Assembly: GCA_963741955.1 (NCBI GenBank)
Contig: CAVUKB010000005.1
Coordinates: 1,312,001-1,376,000 of the forward strand
Source of the DNA: an uncultured Acidobacteriota bacterium
GTDB taxonomy: Bacteria; Acidobacteriota; Thermoanaerobaculia; Gp7-AA8
DNA: 64,000 nt
Reading direction: 5' to 3'
Both the position numbers and the translations under genes were made by a program. This document shows positions 9,069 to 19,078 of the stretch, in pieces. How positions within the stretch are numbered: position 1 is the first letter of the stretch; each line of letters begins with the position of its first letter. Below the pieces are notes generated by a model. That model was not told the origin of the DNA. It saw only the letters and a list, made by a program, of their open reading frames with translations, and ran no database searches.

Positions 9069-12000
9069 ATGTTCCGTCTCGAAAAACTTCAGATCTCAGG
9101 ATTCAAATCGTTCTACGACCCCGCGGAGATCATTTTCCCGGGGGCGATGACGGCCATCGTCGGCCCGAACGGTTGCGGGAAGTCCAACATCTCCGACGCC
9201 CTGATCTGGGTGCTTGGAGAGCACCGCGCCAGCAACATCCGCGGCGAGACGATGGAAGACGTCATCTTCCAGGGCTCGGAGCGGAGGAAGGCGCTCGGGA
9301 TGGGCGAAGTCACTCTGATCCTGAGCACCGACAACGGTGACGAGGTCGCGGACGACGGGCGGCTGACGATCAACCGTCGGGTCTTCCGGACCGGCGAATC
9401 GGAGTTCCGGCTGAACGGGAAACGGGTCCGGCTCAAAGACATCGCCGACATCCTCATGGACACCGGTCTCGGGATCCGCAACTACTCGGTGATGGAGCAG
9501 GGAAAAATCGATCTGATCCTGTCGAACAAACCTCAGGATCGGCGGAAACTGATCGAGGAAGCCGCCGGAATCACCAAGTACAAGACGAAGCGGCGCGCCG
9601 CGGAGCTGAAGCTCGACGAGACGCAGGCGAACCTCCTGCGGATCGACGACACGCTCGCGGAAGTGAACCGGAACCTCAACTCCCTCAAGCGGCAGGCATC
9701 GAAGGCACGCCGCCACAAGGAGCTGGTGGAACAGCTCTCCAGCGCGAAGCGGTCTCTCTACGCCGGGCGCGTAATTGCGGCGCGGACCGAACAGTCGGCG
9801 GCGGAAGAGGCTCTCGCTGCGGCGCAGAACGGCGAGAGCGAAGCGGCCGCTACGCTCGGACAGGTGGAGGCGGAGCTCGCGGAGTCGCGACGCGTCCTCG
9901 CCGACCGCTCGACGCGCGTCTCGACGCTTCGAGACGAGATCGGAAGACTGAGCGTCGAAGCGGAACGTCTCCGCGAGTTTCTCGCCCAGTCTGAAACCTC
10001 CCTCTCCGATCTCGTGCAGCGCTCCGAGAATTCACGGGGACAGGTCTCCACTCTGGAAGCGGAAGCGGTCGAACAGCAGGCGCTGCTGGACGAGAAGAGC
10101 CGCGCTCTCGAGAGCGCGACCGCGGAACGGAACCGCCTGCGAGAAGCGTCCGACGAGACCGAACAGGCACGCCAGCAGAGAGCCAACCAGGTGCGGGATC
10201 TGGAGCGGACACTCGCGACTTCGCGCGAATCGCTGATGCGAACCATCGCCCGCATCTCCGAGTCCAGGAATCAGGTCCACCAGATCGAGATCGCCGTCGA
10301 GAAGTGTGAGTTCTACCTCGGCAAGCTCGACGACACCGCGCGGAAAGTCTCCGAGGGACGGCAGGAAGCCGCAGCGCGAATGGAAGAAGCGGACCGGATG
10401 CTCCGCGAAGCCGAATCCGCGATGGTCCACGCGCAACATGCGTTGCGAGATGCGCTCGATCGGCGGAACGCCCTCACCTCCCGTCGGGACGAAGTCCTCG
10501 ACTCGCTCAAGAGCGCCCGCGATTCCATCTCGCAGACCACCTACAAGATCGACTCTCTCCGTACTCTCCTCCAGTCGCTCGAATCTCAGGACGAGGAAGT
10601 GCGGCGCGCAGTCCTCGATCTCGCTCCGACTGCCAGCTCCGCCGCAGAAGCGGTTCATGCAGCGCCTGGATACGAGATCGCTCTCGACGCGCTTCTCCGT
10701 GACATCAGCCGTGCGGTGGTGATCGACGACTCGGCGACCGCGGTCGAGGCGATCCGTCGGCTGCACGAGCGCGGCGCGGGCCGCGGTGCCTTCATCGCAC
10801 TCGATTATCGGGCCGATGCCGTCGCTCTCTCCGAAGGGGGAGCGGAGCACGTCATCCTCGGAGACGGTCCGGTCGCAGACGCCGTCCGGGCCGCAGTCCC
10901 CGAGGCGTACGTGGTCGACGATCTCGCCCGGGCGCTCGAGGAAGCCCGCCGGCGACCGCACGCCACGTTCGTCACCCGCGACGGGGACATGGTTCGCGGA
11001 CCGCTCGTGTACGGCGGAAAGAAGGCCGGAGGCACCGGCATCTTTTCCATCAAACGAGAGGTCGCCGATCTCGAGGCGCTCCTCAGTTCCGAACAGGAGC
11101 GCGCGAGCGGCATCGCGGGAGATCTCGAGCGGCTGGAAGAGGAGCTTCGAACTGCCGACGATACCCGGATCCTCTCCGAAGAACGGCAGCGTCAGTCGGA
11201 ACAGAACCTGCGCGAGCAGGCGAAGGCGCGTGAGCTGGTGATCGCAGAGCTCGAGAGGTTCGATAAGGACCTCGCGGTCGCATCGGAAGAGCGCTCCCTC
11301 TACCACGAAGAAAAAGTGCAGCTCCTCGAACGGAAGAGCCAGGCGCAACAGGAGCTTCGCGAACTGGAATCGGCGGAACAGTCGACTCAGGAAAAGATCC
11401 GGGAGACGGAAGAGCTCCTGAAGAACGCTCGCATCGAGTTCGAGGAGATCACCGAAGTCAGTTCGCGCGCACGCGTCGACCTCGAATCGGCGGTCGGACG
11501 CGTCAACTCGATTCAGCGCGAGCACGAGAACTACTCCCGCATCGTCCTGTCGCTCGCGAATCGCACCCGTGAGCTGAAATCGGAGATCGAATCGCTCGAG
11601 CGTCGCAGGAGCGAGACCGAGGAAGCATCGGAATCTGCCCGGACCAATCTCGAGAAGACGCTGGTGACGCTGAGAGACCTCGGCGAACAGCGGATTGCCC
11701 TGGAAGCTCAGGTGGCCGAGCTCGACGAGAGGGTCCGTGCACTCGACGAATCCGCCACTGCATCGCGAGAGGAGTGGAACCGCAGGAGGGGCGCTCTCTT
11801 CGAAGCGGAACGGCGTCTCGACCGTTCCCGGAGCGCGTTCGATCTCCTTCGCGAACAGATCCTTCTCGACCTCCACGCAGGAATCGAGGCTCTCGGCGAA
11901 GTCGAGCCACCTGCGGATGATGAAACGCGCGAGCAGCTCGAATCCGAATCGACGCGGCTCGCCGAACAGATCGAGAAGATCGGACCGGTGAACGTCCTCG

Positions 12001-12584
12001 CAATCGACGAATACCACGAGCTCGAGGAGCGGGAGAAGTTCCTCCGCACCCAGCGGGACGACCTCGTGCAGTCGATCGAATCACTCCGCTCGACGATCCG
12101 GAAGATCAACATTACGTCGCGAGAGCTCTTCCGCGATGCATTCACCGCAGTCAACGAGAGCTTCGGCCAGATCTTCGTCTCGCTCTTCGGTGGAGGAAAG
12201 GCGGCGATGCAGCTGCTCGACGAGGACGATATTCTCGAGAGCGGCATCGAGCTGATCGCACAGCCTCCCGGGAAGAAGACCAACTCGATCGCCCTCCTCT
12301 CGGGCGGTGAGCGCGCGCTGACTGCTCTGGCCCTCCTTTTCGCGATCTTCCGCTACAAGCCGAGTCCCTTCTGTCTTCTCGACGAAGTCGACGCGCCTCT
12401 CGACGAAGTGAACAACGAACGTTTCGTCCGCCTGGTGCGGGAGATGTCGCGCGACACGCAGTTCATCGTCATCACCCATTCGAAACGAACGATGGAGGCG
12501 GCCGACATCCTCTACGGCGTGACGATGGAAGAAGCCGGTTGCTCGCGACTGGTTTCCGTCTCGTTCGCGGACATGGAAGCTTAG
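9069..12584 (+). CDS. smc: Chromosome segregation protein SMC
   Basis: Walker A GPNGCGKSN, long coiled coils with central hinge, LSGGE signature and LDEVDAPLD. Confidence 0.96.
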   Translation: MFRLEKLQISGFKSFYDPAEIIFPGAMTAIVGPNGCGKSNISDALIWVLGEHRASNIRGETMEDVIFQGSERRKALGMGEVTLILSTDNGDEVADDGRLTINRRVFRTGESEFRLNGKRVRLKDIADILMDTGLGIRNYSVMEQGKIDLILSNKPQDRRKLIEEAAGITKYKTKRRAAELKLDETQANLLRIDDTLAEVNRNLNSLKRQASKARRHKELVEQLSSAKRSLYAGRVIAARTEQSAAEEALAAAQNGESEAAATLGQVEAELAESRRVLADRSTRVSTLRDEIGRLSVEAERLREFLAQSETSLSDLVQRSENSRGQVSTLEAEAVEQQALLDEKSRALESATAERNRLREASDETEQARQQRANQVRDLERTLATSRESLMRTIARISESRNQVHQIEIAVEKCEFYLGKLDDTARKVSEGRQEAAARMEEADRMLREAESAMVHAQHALRDALDRRNALTSRRDEVLDSLKSARDSISQTTYKIDSLRTLLQSLESQDEEVRRAVLDLAPTASSAAEAVHAAPGYEIALDALLRDISRAVVIDDSATAVEAIRRLHERGAGRGAFIALDYRADAVALSEGGAEHVILGDGPVADAVRAAVPEAYVVDDLARALEEARRRPHATFVTRDGDMVRGPLVYGGKKAGGTGIFSIKREVADLEALLSSEQERASGIAGDLERLEEELRTADDTRILSEERQRQSEQNLREQAKARELVIAELERFDKDLAVASEERSLYHEEKVQLLERKSQAQQELRELESAEQSTQEKIRETEELLKNARIEFEEITEVSSRARVDLESAVGRVNSIQREHENYSRIVLSLANRTRELKSEIESLERRRSETEEASESARTNLEKTLVTLRDLGEQRIALEAQVAELDERVRALDESATASREEWNRRRGALFEAERRLDRSRSAFDLLREQILLDLHAGIEALGEVEPPADDETREQLESESTRLAEQIEKIGPVNVLAIDEYHELEEREKFLRTQRDDLVQSIESLRSTIRKINITSRELFRDAFTAVNESFGQIFVSLFGGGKAAMQLLDEDDILESGIELIAQPPGKKTNSIALLSGGERALTALALLFAIFRYKPSPFCLLDEVDAPLDEVNNERFVRLVREMSRDTQFIVITHSKRTMEAADILYGVTMEEAGCSRLVSVSFADMEA

Positions 12585-12677
12585 CCCCTCGCTGCTCCGC
12601 TTCCTCGCTACGGACGTTTCTACTGCGCAGACTCCCAGGAAAACTCCGCGGCCAACTTTCCGTGAACCCATCCGAAA

Positions 12678-12720
12678 CGTGATCCCGGTCACACTTTGGG
12701 CGATGCGGCTCGCGTAGAGT
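12678..12720 (+). promoter_or_regulatory. CRP/FNR-family site with class II promoter geometry
   Basis: CGTGA-N6-TCACA (12678-12693). With -10 TAGAGT at 12715-12720 the site centre falls at -41.5. Confidence 0.5.
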
Positions 12721-12728
12721 CCACGCCG

Positions 12729-13004
12729 ATGGACCCGCACCGTCTATCTCTCTTCAACTGTGACGTACTCCGCGAGAAGTGTCCCTCGTGCGGTGCGGAG
12801 CGCTTTCACTTCGTCTCCAAAGGGAGCTCGGCGGAAAGCTCGGAGTGCCAGAGCTGCGGCCGGCGCCGTTCGATCGTCGATCTCAGTGACACGGCGATCA
12901 TCCGGCTCGTCGTTCATCCGCAGAGCGAGATGGTCGTGTCGATCTCGAGCACGAGCAGATCCGAGAGCCGGAGCGATCAGGATTCCGATCGCGCGTCGCG
13001 CTGA
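12729..13004 (+). CDS. Small zinc-ribbon protein (hypothetical)
   Basis: 91 aa with CPSC..CQSC pairs and a promoter signature directly upstream; the 3' end overlaps the convergent PAP2 gene. Confidence 0.6.
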   Translation: MDPHRLSLFNCDVLREKCPSCGAERFHFVSKGSSAESSECQSCGRRRSIVDLSDTAIIRLVVHPQSEMVVSISSTSRSESRSDQDSDRASR

Positions 13005-13918
13005 TCCATCACGATCCGCACCACGATCCACGCAATCAGCAGTCCCGTGAGCGCAGACGCAACGACGTCCGACGGCCAGTGACGGAACGAGAGAACTCTC
13101 GAGACTCCGACTGCCGAAGCGAGGACGAGGGCCGCGATCCGCAGCGGCCACGAACGAAATCCGAAAAAGATCACTCCACCGATCGCGAATGCGCCAATCG
13201 TGTGTCCGCTCGGAAACGAGCTCGATCCGCCCCACGCATGATGGAAGGGACCGAGCCAGAGCTCCGGTCTCGACCGGCCGATCACCGCTTTGAAGATCTG
13301 CACCGCGATTCCGCCGAAAAGCCCGGAGATGGCCATTCCCACTGCGAGAAGGGACCATCGGAGGCGCGAAAATGCCAGACCTGCCAGGAAAAAGAAAAGC
13401 ACCACCAGGGCGGGATTCATCCCTCCCCCGAAGCGGTTCATCAACCGGCTGAATCCTTCTGATCCTTCCGACTGGATGGCTTCGGCCAGCGACACCAGCG
13501 GTACATCGAGAAAAAGCCAGACCGCGCCGATGGTTGCTCCGATCGACAGCACCGCGGTCCCGAGCTTCCAGTTCGCGCAGCTGCGAAGCGCAGTGCGGGT
13601 GCGGCCGGGAATCTGCCGCGTCCGCACGGCGAGCTCACGCCACGTCTGCCGTGCCGCGTCCAGCCGGCCATGGAACAGGAGGAGGACGTACAGTCCGGCG
13701 AACCCCCAGAACACCACATCCCACGACGCCGCCTCGCGCCCCAGGAACGAATCGGCATGGATGCTGATCGGAGCCCGCACCGTGATCGCATTCAGCCAGA
13801 CCACCGGCGCCGGCCACACCAGCGCGAGCAGAAGAAGGGCCACGAAGCCGACGGACGCAACGACCACCGGCGCCACCGACGAATCGCGGGGGGTGAGCTC
13901 ATCGACGGCGGTAGACAT
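12977..13918 (-). CDS. PAP2 family membrane phosphatase
   Basis: K-x6-RP (KAVIGRSRP), SFPSGH and SRVLSFRHWPSDV; several TM helices. Confidence 0.88.
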   Translation of the reverse strand: MSTAVDELTPRDSSVAPVVVASVGFVALLLLALVWPAPVVWLNAITVRAPISIHADSFLGREAASWDVVFWGFAGLYVLLLFHGRLDAARQTWRELAVRTRQIPGRTRTALRSCANWKLGTAVLSIGATIGAVWLFLDVPLVSLAEAIQSEGSEGFSRLMNRFGGGMNPALVVLFFFLAGLAFSRLRWSLLAVGMAISGLFGGIAVQIFKAVIGRSRPELWLGPFHHAWGGSSSFPSGHTIGAFAIGGVIFFGFRSWPLRIAALVLASAVGVSRVLSFRHWPSDVVASALTGLLIAWIVVRIVMDQRDARSES

Positions 13919-15494
13919 CGAATGTTCGTCCTCGCATCCGGAGCTCATCGAATTTCTCATAACGTCCAAGTGCAGGTCCCAGATCCTCGGCGCGCGAGCT
14001 CTTCGTCACCACGATCGACGGAGGGGGCGAGATTCGCCCGAGGTCGTCTGCATCAATATATCGGACGTCCTCCAGATTCCCGGGCATGTTCCGGCTCCAG
14101 AGATACGGAGTGTAGTAGAGGGCGATCCGATCGCCGGGGACATCGATCCGCTCCAGCGCCTGAATCAGTTCGTGCGTCGATCCGATGTCGTTCAGGACCG
14201 GCATCAGAGCCGTTCCGAGGAACAGCAGCGGAATCGTGGCCACGATCCCCGTGAGAACGGTCGACGGAATCAGACGGTCGCGACGCAGAAACAGCAGGAC
14301 GAGCAGAGCGACGGCCGCCGCGGCTGCCGTCGTCCAGAGCATGGCCTGAACGGAGGGAAGGAACAGGAGCTCGCGTTCGGGAGTCGGTTTCAGGAACCGC
14401 GCCGCAAACGCCGCCACCGTGACCATCACCATTCCGAGCAACGCGATGGTCGTCGCATTCGCGGCGACGGCGAGCTTCGAAACGAGATCGCGGCGCGAAT
14501 CCGCGACGAGCCGCGCGCCGAGCATCGCCGCAGGGATCATTGCCGGGAGCATGTAGACATCGAGTTTCCCGCTGATCAAAGAGAACGGAATGAGGACTGC
14601 GAGCACCCAGCTGACCAGGAATCGCGACCTGTTCGATTCGGCCGGCGGATCCTTCCGGCGATAGACGGCCACCAGCGAGACGGCGAAAAGGAAGAACCAC
14701 GGGAGGAACGTCCCCGGAGCATGGCCGAGGTAGTACCAGAGCGGCTCGCGGTGGACCCACGAATTGACGGCACGTCCGATGTTCTGTTTGACCAGGAGCT
14801 CCTCGGCGTACGCACGACCGCCGGTGATGACCGCCGGAATCACCCAGAGCAGAGGGATGGCCGCGACGATCGCCACCGCCGCCGCGTAGTTCCCGCGCGG
14901 GAAACGCCTCCTCCGCACTCCTTCGAACAGCAGGAGCAGCAGAGCGATCACCAGAGCCATCGGCCCCTTCACCAGGATCGCGACTCCGAGTGCGACCGCA
15001 GCCAGAAGAAGATCTCTCCGCGACTCCCTCTCGATGAAACGGTGCAGCTGGAGAATGGCAAGAGTGATCAGAACGGTGAACTCCAGATCCATCCGCGCGG
15101 TCTGCGCGATGCCCCACACCAGGTAGAACGTGGAGGTCAGGAAGGTTGCGACCCAGGCGGTGAGAGAATCGAAGAGCTCTCGCGTGAAGCGCCAGACCAG
15201 CCACAGCAGCAGCAGGTTGGCGATCAGCGACGGAAGCACGTACGGCCAGATGGAATGGAGTCCGAAAGGGCGGGTGAGGAGATCGATCGCCCAGAAGTGG
15301 AGAGGCGGCTTATGGCTGTAGGGATGCCCGTTCAGCACCGGAACGAGAAAAGAACCGGTGGTCCGCATCTCGCGGATGACCTCGCCGTACTTCGTCTCGT
15401 CTCCGACGTAAAGCTCGCGCTGAATCGGCGAGAGAAAGGTCGTCAGAACGACCACCGCGGTCAGCAGGAAGAGGAGACGGGAGCGGGTATCCAT
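13899..15494 (-). CDS. ArnT/PMT-like (GT-C fold) polyprenyl-sugar glycosyltransferase
   Basis: DETKY, HKPPL, ARMD and KGP motifs, many TM helices; start MDTRSR at 15494. Confidence 0.88.
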   Translation of the reverse strand: MDTRSRLLFLLTAVVVLTTFLSPIQRELYVGDETKYGEVIREMRTTGSFLVPVLNGHPYSHKPPLHFWAIDLLTRPFGLHSIWPYVLPSLIANLLLLWLVWRFTRELFDSLTAWVATFLTSTFYLVWGIAQTARMDLEFTVLITLAILQLHRFIERESRRDLLLAAVALGVAILVKGPMALVIALLLLLFEGVRRRRFPRGNYAAAVAIVAAIPLLWVIPAVITGGRAYAEELLVKQNIGRAVNSWVHREPLWYYLGHAPGTFLPWFFLFAVSLVAVYRRKDPPAESNRSRFLVSWVLAVLIPFSLISGKLDVYMLPAMIPAAMLGARLVADSRRDLVSKLAVAANATTIALLGMVMVTVAAFAARFLKPTPERELLFLPSVQAMLWTTAAAAAVALLVLLFLRRDRLIPSTVLTGIVATIPLLFLGTALMPVLNDIGSTHELIQALERIDVPGDRIALYYTPYLWSRNMPGNLEDVRYIDADDLGRISPPPSIVVTKSSRAEDLGPALGRYEKFDELRMRGRTFDVYRRR

Positions 15495-15641
15495 CGGGGG
15501 TGAGATTATATGGCAGACACTCCCCGTCGCGATTGTAAACTGTGGAAAAACAATGAGATGCGGAACAAATCGAATTTTCATTACAGCTTCGAAACGCGGT
15601 GGTAGAATCGAAACAGATCGCATTCGAAGGAGGGTTGCCGG

Positions 15642-15872
15642 ATGTCAGAACGCAAACAGCAGATTCAAAAAGCCCTGGCCCGCGAAGACGAAGAGTTCCG
15701 CACGTGGGCCCGGCAGCACACGGAATTCGAACAGCGTCTGGCACAGCTTGCGGATAAGATGACCCTTTCGGCCGAGGAAGAATTCGAAGAAAAAGAATTG
15801 AAGAAACGAAAGCTCTGGCTCAAAGATCACATGGCGGCCAAGATTCGCGAATACCAGGTTTCCAGAGTCTGA
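15642..15872 (+). CDS. DUF465/YdcH-like small coiled-coil protein
   Basis: H...LKKRKLWLKD pattern, strong RBS AAGGAGG, extended -10 TGGTAGAAT at 15600. Confidence 0.8.
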   Translation: MSERKQQIQKALAREDEEFRTWARQHTEFEQRLAQLADKMTLSAEEEFEEKELKKRKLWLKDHMAAKIREYQVSRV

Positions 15873-15893
15873 TCCTCACCGATCGACTGCAAC

Positions 15894-15925
15894 GCGAAGG
15901 GGGTTCCGGCGGAACCCCCTTTGCA
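15894..15925 (+). terminator. Intrinsic terminator
   Basis: AAGGGGGTTCC-GGC-GGAACCCCCTT hairpin followed by TGCATTT. Confidence 0.7.
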
Positions 15926-16051
15926 TTTCGAGGTTCACCAACTAAAGTTCGGCTTGCAGCAGAACGACTCCGCGCGACGGACCGGAACGAGACCTTCACG
16001 CCCGGCAAGATCGCCGAACGAACTGACGACGAGGAGCACCGGAACAGCACG

Positions 16052-16699
16052 ATGAGACGTTTTCCGCTCGCCCCCGAGGGGTGGATCCTGATTCTGCCGG
16101 CCCTGATCCTGGCCCTCCTCGCTCTCCTGATGCAGTTCTACTTCGTCGCGCTGTTCTTCGGCGTGATCACGGTGTTTCTGCTGAACTTCTTTCGGAACCC
16201 GACCCGTGCCGGATCCGCGCACGAGCTCGATGTCCTCTCTCCCGCAGACGGGACGGTGGTCCTGATCAAGGACGTTCCGGACGGAGAGATCTGGCCCGGT
16301 CTCACCCGGCAGGTCAGCATCTTCATGTCCGTCTTCGACGTCCACGTGAACCGCGCGCCACTGACCGGACGGATCGTCCACTACTCCTACAATCCGGGGA
16401 AGAAGCTCGCAGCCTTCGCGGAAAAGTCGTCGCTGGAGAATGAGCAGAATCTGATCGTGGTCGAGTCGGCGGCGGGAACCGTGGCATTCAAGCAGATCGC
16501 CGGTCTGCTGGCGCGGAGAATCGTCTTCGACAAGGCGGAAGGAGCGGAGGTGGTACGTGGCGAGCGGATCGGAATGATCAAGTTCGGTTCGCGCGTCGAT
16601 CTGTTTCTTCCCTCCGACGCGAAGGTCGTGGTCGAGAACCGTCAGAAGGTGAAGGTGGGCCTGACGGTGATCGCCCAGCTCGGGAGCGCCTCAGGATGA
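16052..16699 (+). CDS. psd: Phosphatidylserine decarboxylase proenzyme
   Basis: FFRNP, SPADG, DVHVNRAP and the KFGS autocleavage motif; adjacent to pssA. Confidence 0.93.
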   Translation: MRRFPLAPEGWILILPALILALLALLMQFYFVALFFGVITVFLLNFFRNPTRAGSAHELDVLSPADGTVVLIKDVPDGEIWPGLTRQVSIFMSVFDVHVNRAPLTGRIVHYSYNPGKKLAAFAEKSSLENEQNLIVVESAAGTVAFKQIAGLLARRIVFDKAEGAEVVRGERIGMIKFGSRVDLFLPSDAKVVVENRQKVKVGLTVIAQLGSASG

Positions 16700-17523
16700 A
16701 CGGCGCGGAGGTACGGCAGAAGCTCCGCCGCGGAGTCTACATCGTTCCGACTTCATTGACCGTACTGAACATCTTCTTCGGGTTCACCGCGATCATGCTC
16801 AGCATGCGCGCGGTGCGGGAGGAGTCGCTGGGCGATCTGTTCGAGGCGGGACGGATGTTCCGGCTCGCGTGCTGGTCTCTCGCCGCAGCGGCACTGTTCG
16901 ACACGTTCGACGGGCTGGTGGCCCGGCTGATGAAGGCGACCAGTGAGTTCGGGAAGGAATACGATTCGATCGCGGACGTAGTCACGTTCGGTGCGGCCCC
17001 CGCAGTACTGGTTTATGCCTGGGCGCTCCACAATTGGCACCGGCTCGGCGTCGGGATCGCGTTCCTCTTCCTGGTTGCCGGATCGCTCCGTCTGGCCCGC
17101 TTCAATATTCAGCACGGAAAGGCCGACCACCGGTACTTCGTCGGCCTCCCCATTCCCGCTGGAGCCCTGACCCTCGCTGGAATCATCAACTACGCACCGC
17201 AACCGGTACAGGACCAGAGATTCGCGGCAGTGATGCTGGTGGTGACCGCCGGTCTCGCGTTCGCGATGGTCTCCACGGTCCGCTACCGGAGTCAGAAATA
17301 CGCCAACATCCACCGCCGGAGCTCCTTCACCAGCCTGCTGATGATCGCGCTACTGGTGGTGATTCTCTACCGCTGGCCTGCGGAGTTCTGGTTCATCGGG
17401 TCGATCTCCTACGTGGTATCCGGTCCGCTGGTGAAACTCTGGAGCATCGCGTTTCCGCACCGCCCGACGCCACCTGGAGCGGAAAGTCAGCCGGATCATG
17501 AACCCGCCGCCGAGCAACTCTGA
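16696..17523 (+). CDS. pssA: CDP-diacylglycerol--serine O-phosphatidyltransferase
   Basis: CDP-alcohol motif DGLVAR..G..YDSIAD, plus LRLARFN and FVGLPIP. Confidence 0.92.
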   Translation: MNGAEVRQKLRRGVYIVPTSLTVLNIFFGFTAIMLSMRAVREESLGDLFEAGRMFRLACWSLAAAALFDTFDGLVARLMKATSEFGKEYDSIADVVTFGAAPAVLVYAWALHNWHRLGVGIAFLFLVAGSLRLARFNIQHGKADHRYFVGLPIPAGALTLAGIINYAPQPVQDQRFAAVMLVVTAGLAFAMVSTVRYRSQKYANIHRRSSFTSLLMIALLVVILYRWPAEFWFIGSISYVVSGPLVKLWSIAFPHRPTPPGAESQPDHEPAAEQL

Positions 17524-17568
17524 GCCCTGAGCTCTCCTCGCGACGGCTCGAGGACGAAAGACGAGAAC

Positions 17569-18573
17569 ATGCTTCGAACACCGACAGGCTTCTACCGCTT
17601 CGCCATCGTCAATCCGCTCACTCTGATCGGAAAGGAGATCCAGTCTCTTCTCCGCGAGCGACACATCCCGGCCTCGAACATCACGCTTCTCGACTCGACC
17701 GGAAAGGAAGCGGGAACTCTCACCGAAGTGAACGAGGAAGCGTCGGTGGTTCAGCAGATCTCGGAGATCGAAGTCGCCGACGCCGACATCATCTTCTTCT
17801 GCGGAAATGCCGCCTCGAATGCAGCCTGGATCCCTCACGTCCGTGCGGACGCTCTCGGGATCGACCTCTCTCAGCCGACGGCGATGGCGATGGAAGGAGT
17901 TGCGGCTCTCGCGGGTGTCAATACCGCCCGGTTCGAGTCGGAGAACCTTCTGATCTCCCCGCATCCGGCGGCGATCCCGGTCGCGCTGATCGCGGACCGG
18001 CTGCGACGGGTCGGGAATCTCGATCTCTGCGCGGCCACGGTGGTCGAGCCGGCCTCGGAAGAAGACGAGGCCGGAGTGGATGAGCTGTTCCACCAGACGG
18101 TGAACGTCCTGAACATGACACCGTTTCCGAAGGAGATCTTCGACCGTCAGCTCGCGTTCAATCTCTATCCCGATGCCACGGCGAGCAGCGACGAGGAGTA
18201 CGTGATCGCGCAGATCCGGGAAGTCCTCGGCGCGACGCTCCCGATCGCGGTGACGCTCGTGCGTGGCTCCGTCTTTCACGGCCATTCGATCTCGCTCTTC
18301 GTTCGATTCGCGTCGGATTCGAACGTGGAGACGATCGCGTCCGCTCTCGACCAGAGCGTCTCGATCGAGGTCGCCGCGACCGACGAGCCCCTCGGGACGC
18401 TCGACGCTGCGGGAAAGGACCAGATCCTGATCGGCAGAATCCAGAAAGCCGCCGACATTCCGGGCGCGTTCTGGATCTGGGCGATCTCGGACAACCTTCG
18501 ACGCGCGTCCGCACTGAACGCGGTCATGCTGGCCGAAGAAGCGATCGCCCGCAGCGGACCACCGCCGAGCTGA
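17569..18573 (+). CDS. Aspartate-semialdehyde dehydrogenase-like protein (degenerate active site)
   Basis: LAFNLYP, VFHGHS and SDNLRRASALNA align with Asd; the Rossmann glycines and catalytic Cys are absent. Confidence 0.8.
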   Translation: MLRTPTGFYRFAIVNPLTLIGKEIQSLLRERHIPASNITLLDSTGKEAGTLTEVNEEASVVQQISEIEVADADIIFFCGNAASNAAWIPHVRADALGIDLSQPTAMAMEGVAALAGVNTARFESENLLISPHPAAIPVALIADRLRRVGNLDLCAATVVEPASEEDEAGVDELFHQTVNVLNMTPFPKEIFDRQLAFNLYPDATASSDEEYVIAQIREVLGATLPIAVTLVRGSVFHGHSISLFVRFASDSNVETIASALDQSVSIEVAATDEPLGTLDAAGKDQILIGRIQKAADIPGAFWIWAISDNLRRASALNAVMLAEEAIARSGPPPS

Positions 18574-18580
18574 CGAGCCG

Positions 18581-19078
18581 TCACGCCGGAGTCGACGAGG
18601 CGCGCCGCTTCAGCGAAAGAGTCAGCTCGAATTCGGCGACAGGCTCGCTTCCGCTCAGTTCCGGGACGGTCGCGGTGACCCGCACCGTGTCGTGCTCGCG
18701 CTCACCCGAGCGCACGACCCGATCGAGTAGCTCGCCGATCCGGACCCCGTCTTCGCAGGTGAAGACGACGTCTCCTTCCGGGCGCTTCAGGAAATTCGCC
18801 TTGAAATCCTTGAAGACCAGTGAGACGCGCTCTCCCGACTTCCTGATCCGATGCATCGCGATCAACCCACCGGCCACGTCGGCTCCGACGCAGAGCACGC
18901 CGAAGTACATCGAGCCGAGGTGATTCCGGTTCCTGCGACGAAACGGAATCCGGATCAGGCAGCGCTCGTCATCGAGCTTCAGGACCGAAGGACGGGTGTA
19001 CCAGATCAGGGGAACCTTCCAGAAGGCCCACGACCGGACGAAGAAGGTCTGGCGGAACCGCTCCGAGAACAGCTTCAT
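18581..19078 (-). CDS. Hotdog-fold thioesterase-like protein (DUF4442/YiiD-like)
   Basis: NRNHLGSMYFG and FLKRPEGDV motifs. Confidence 0.8.
   Translation of the reverse strand: MKLFSERFRQTFFVRSWAFWKVPLIWYTRPSVLKLDDERCLIRIPFRRRNRNHLGSMYFGVLCVGADVAGGLIAMHRIRKSGERVSLVFKDFKANFLKRPEGDVVFTCEDGVRIGELLDRVVRSGEREHDTVRVTATVPELSGSEPVAEFELTLSLKRRASSTPA

Noticed and set aside
15541-15549. Single perfect DnaA-box-like TGTGGAAAA in the ArnT/DUF465 divergent promoter region.
   Set aside because: An isolated 9-mer without companion boxes; insufficient evidence.
17521-17571. The pssA TGA is in frame with the downstream Asd-like ORF and is also followed after 11 nt by a 6-bp hairpin (TCCTCG/CGAGGA), suggesting Sec read-through fusion.
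   Set aside because: PssA is complete before the TGA, the position is in a disordered tail with no catalytic Cys equivalent, and the downstream gene has its own ATG. Kept as a warning that SECIS-like hairpins can occur by chance.
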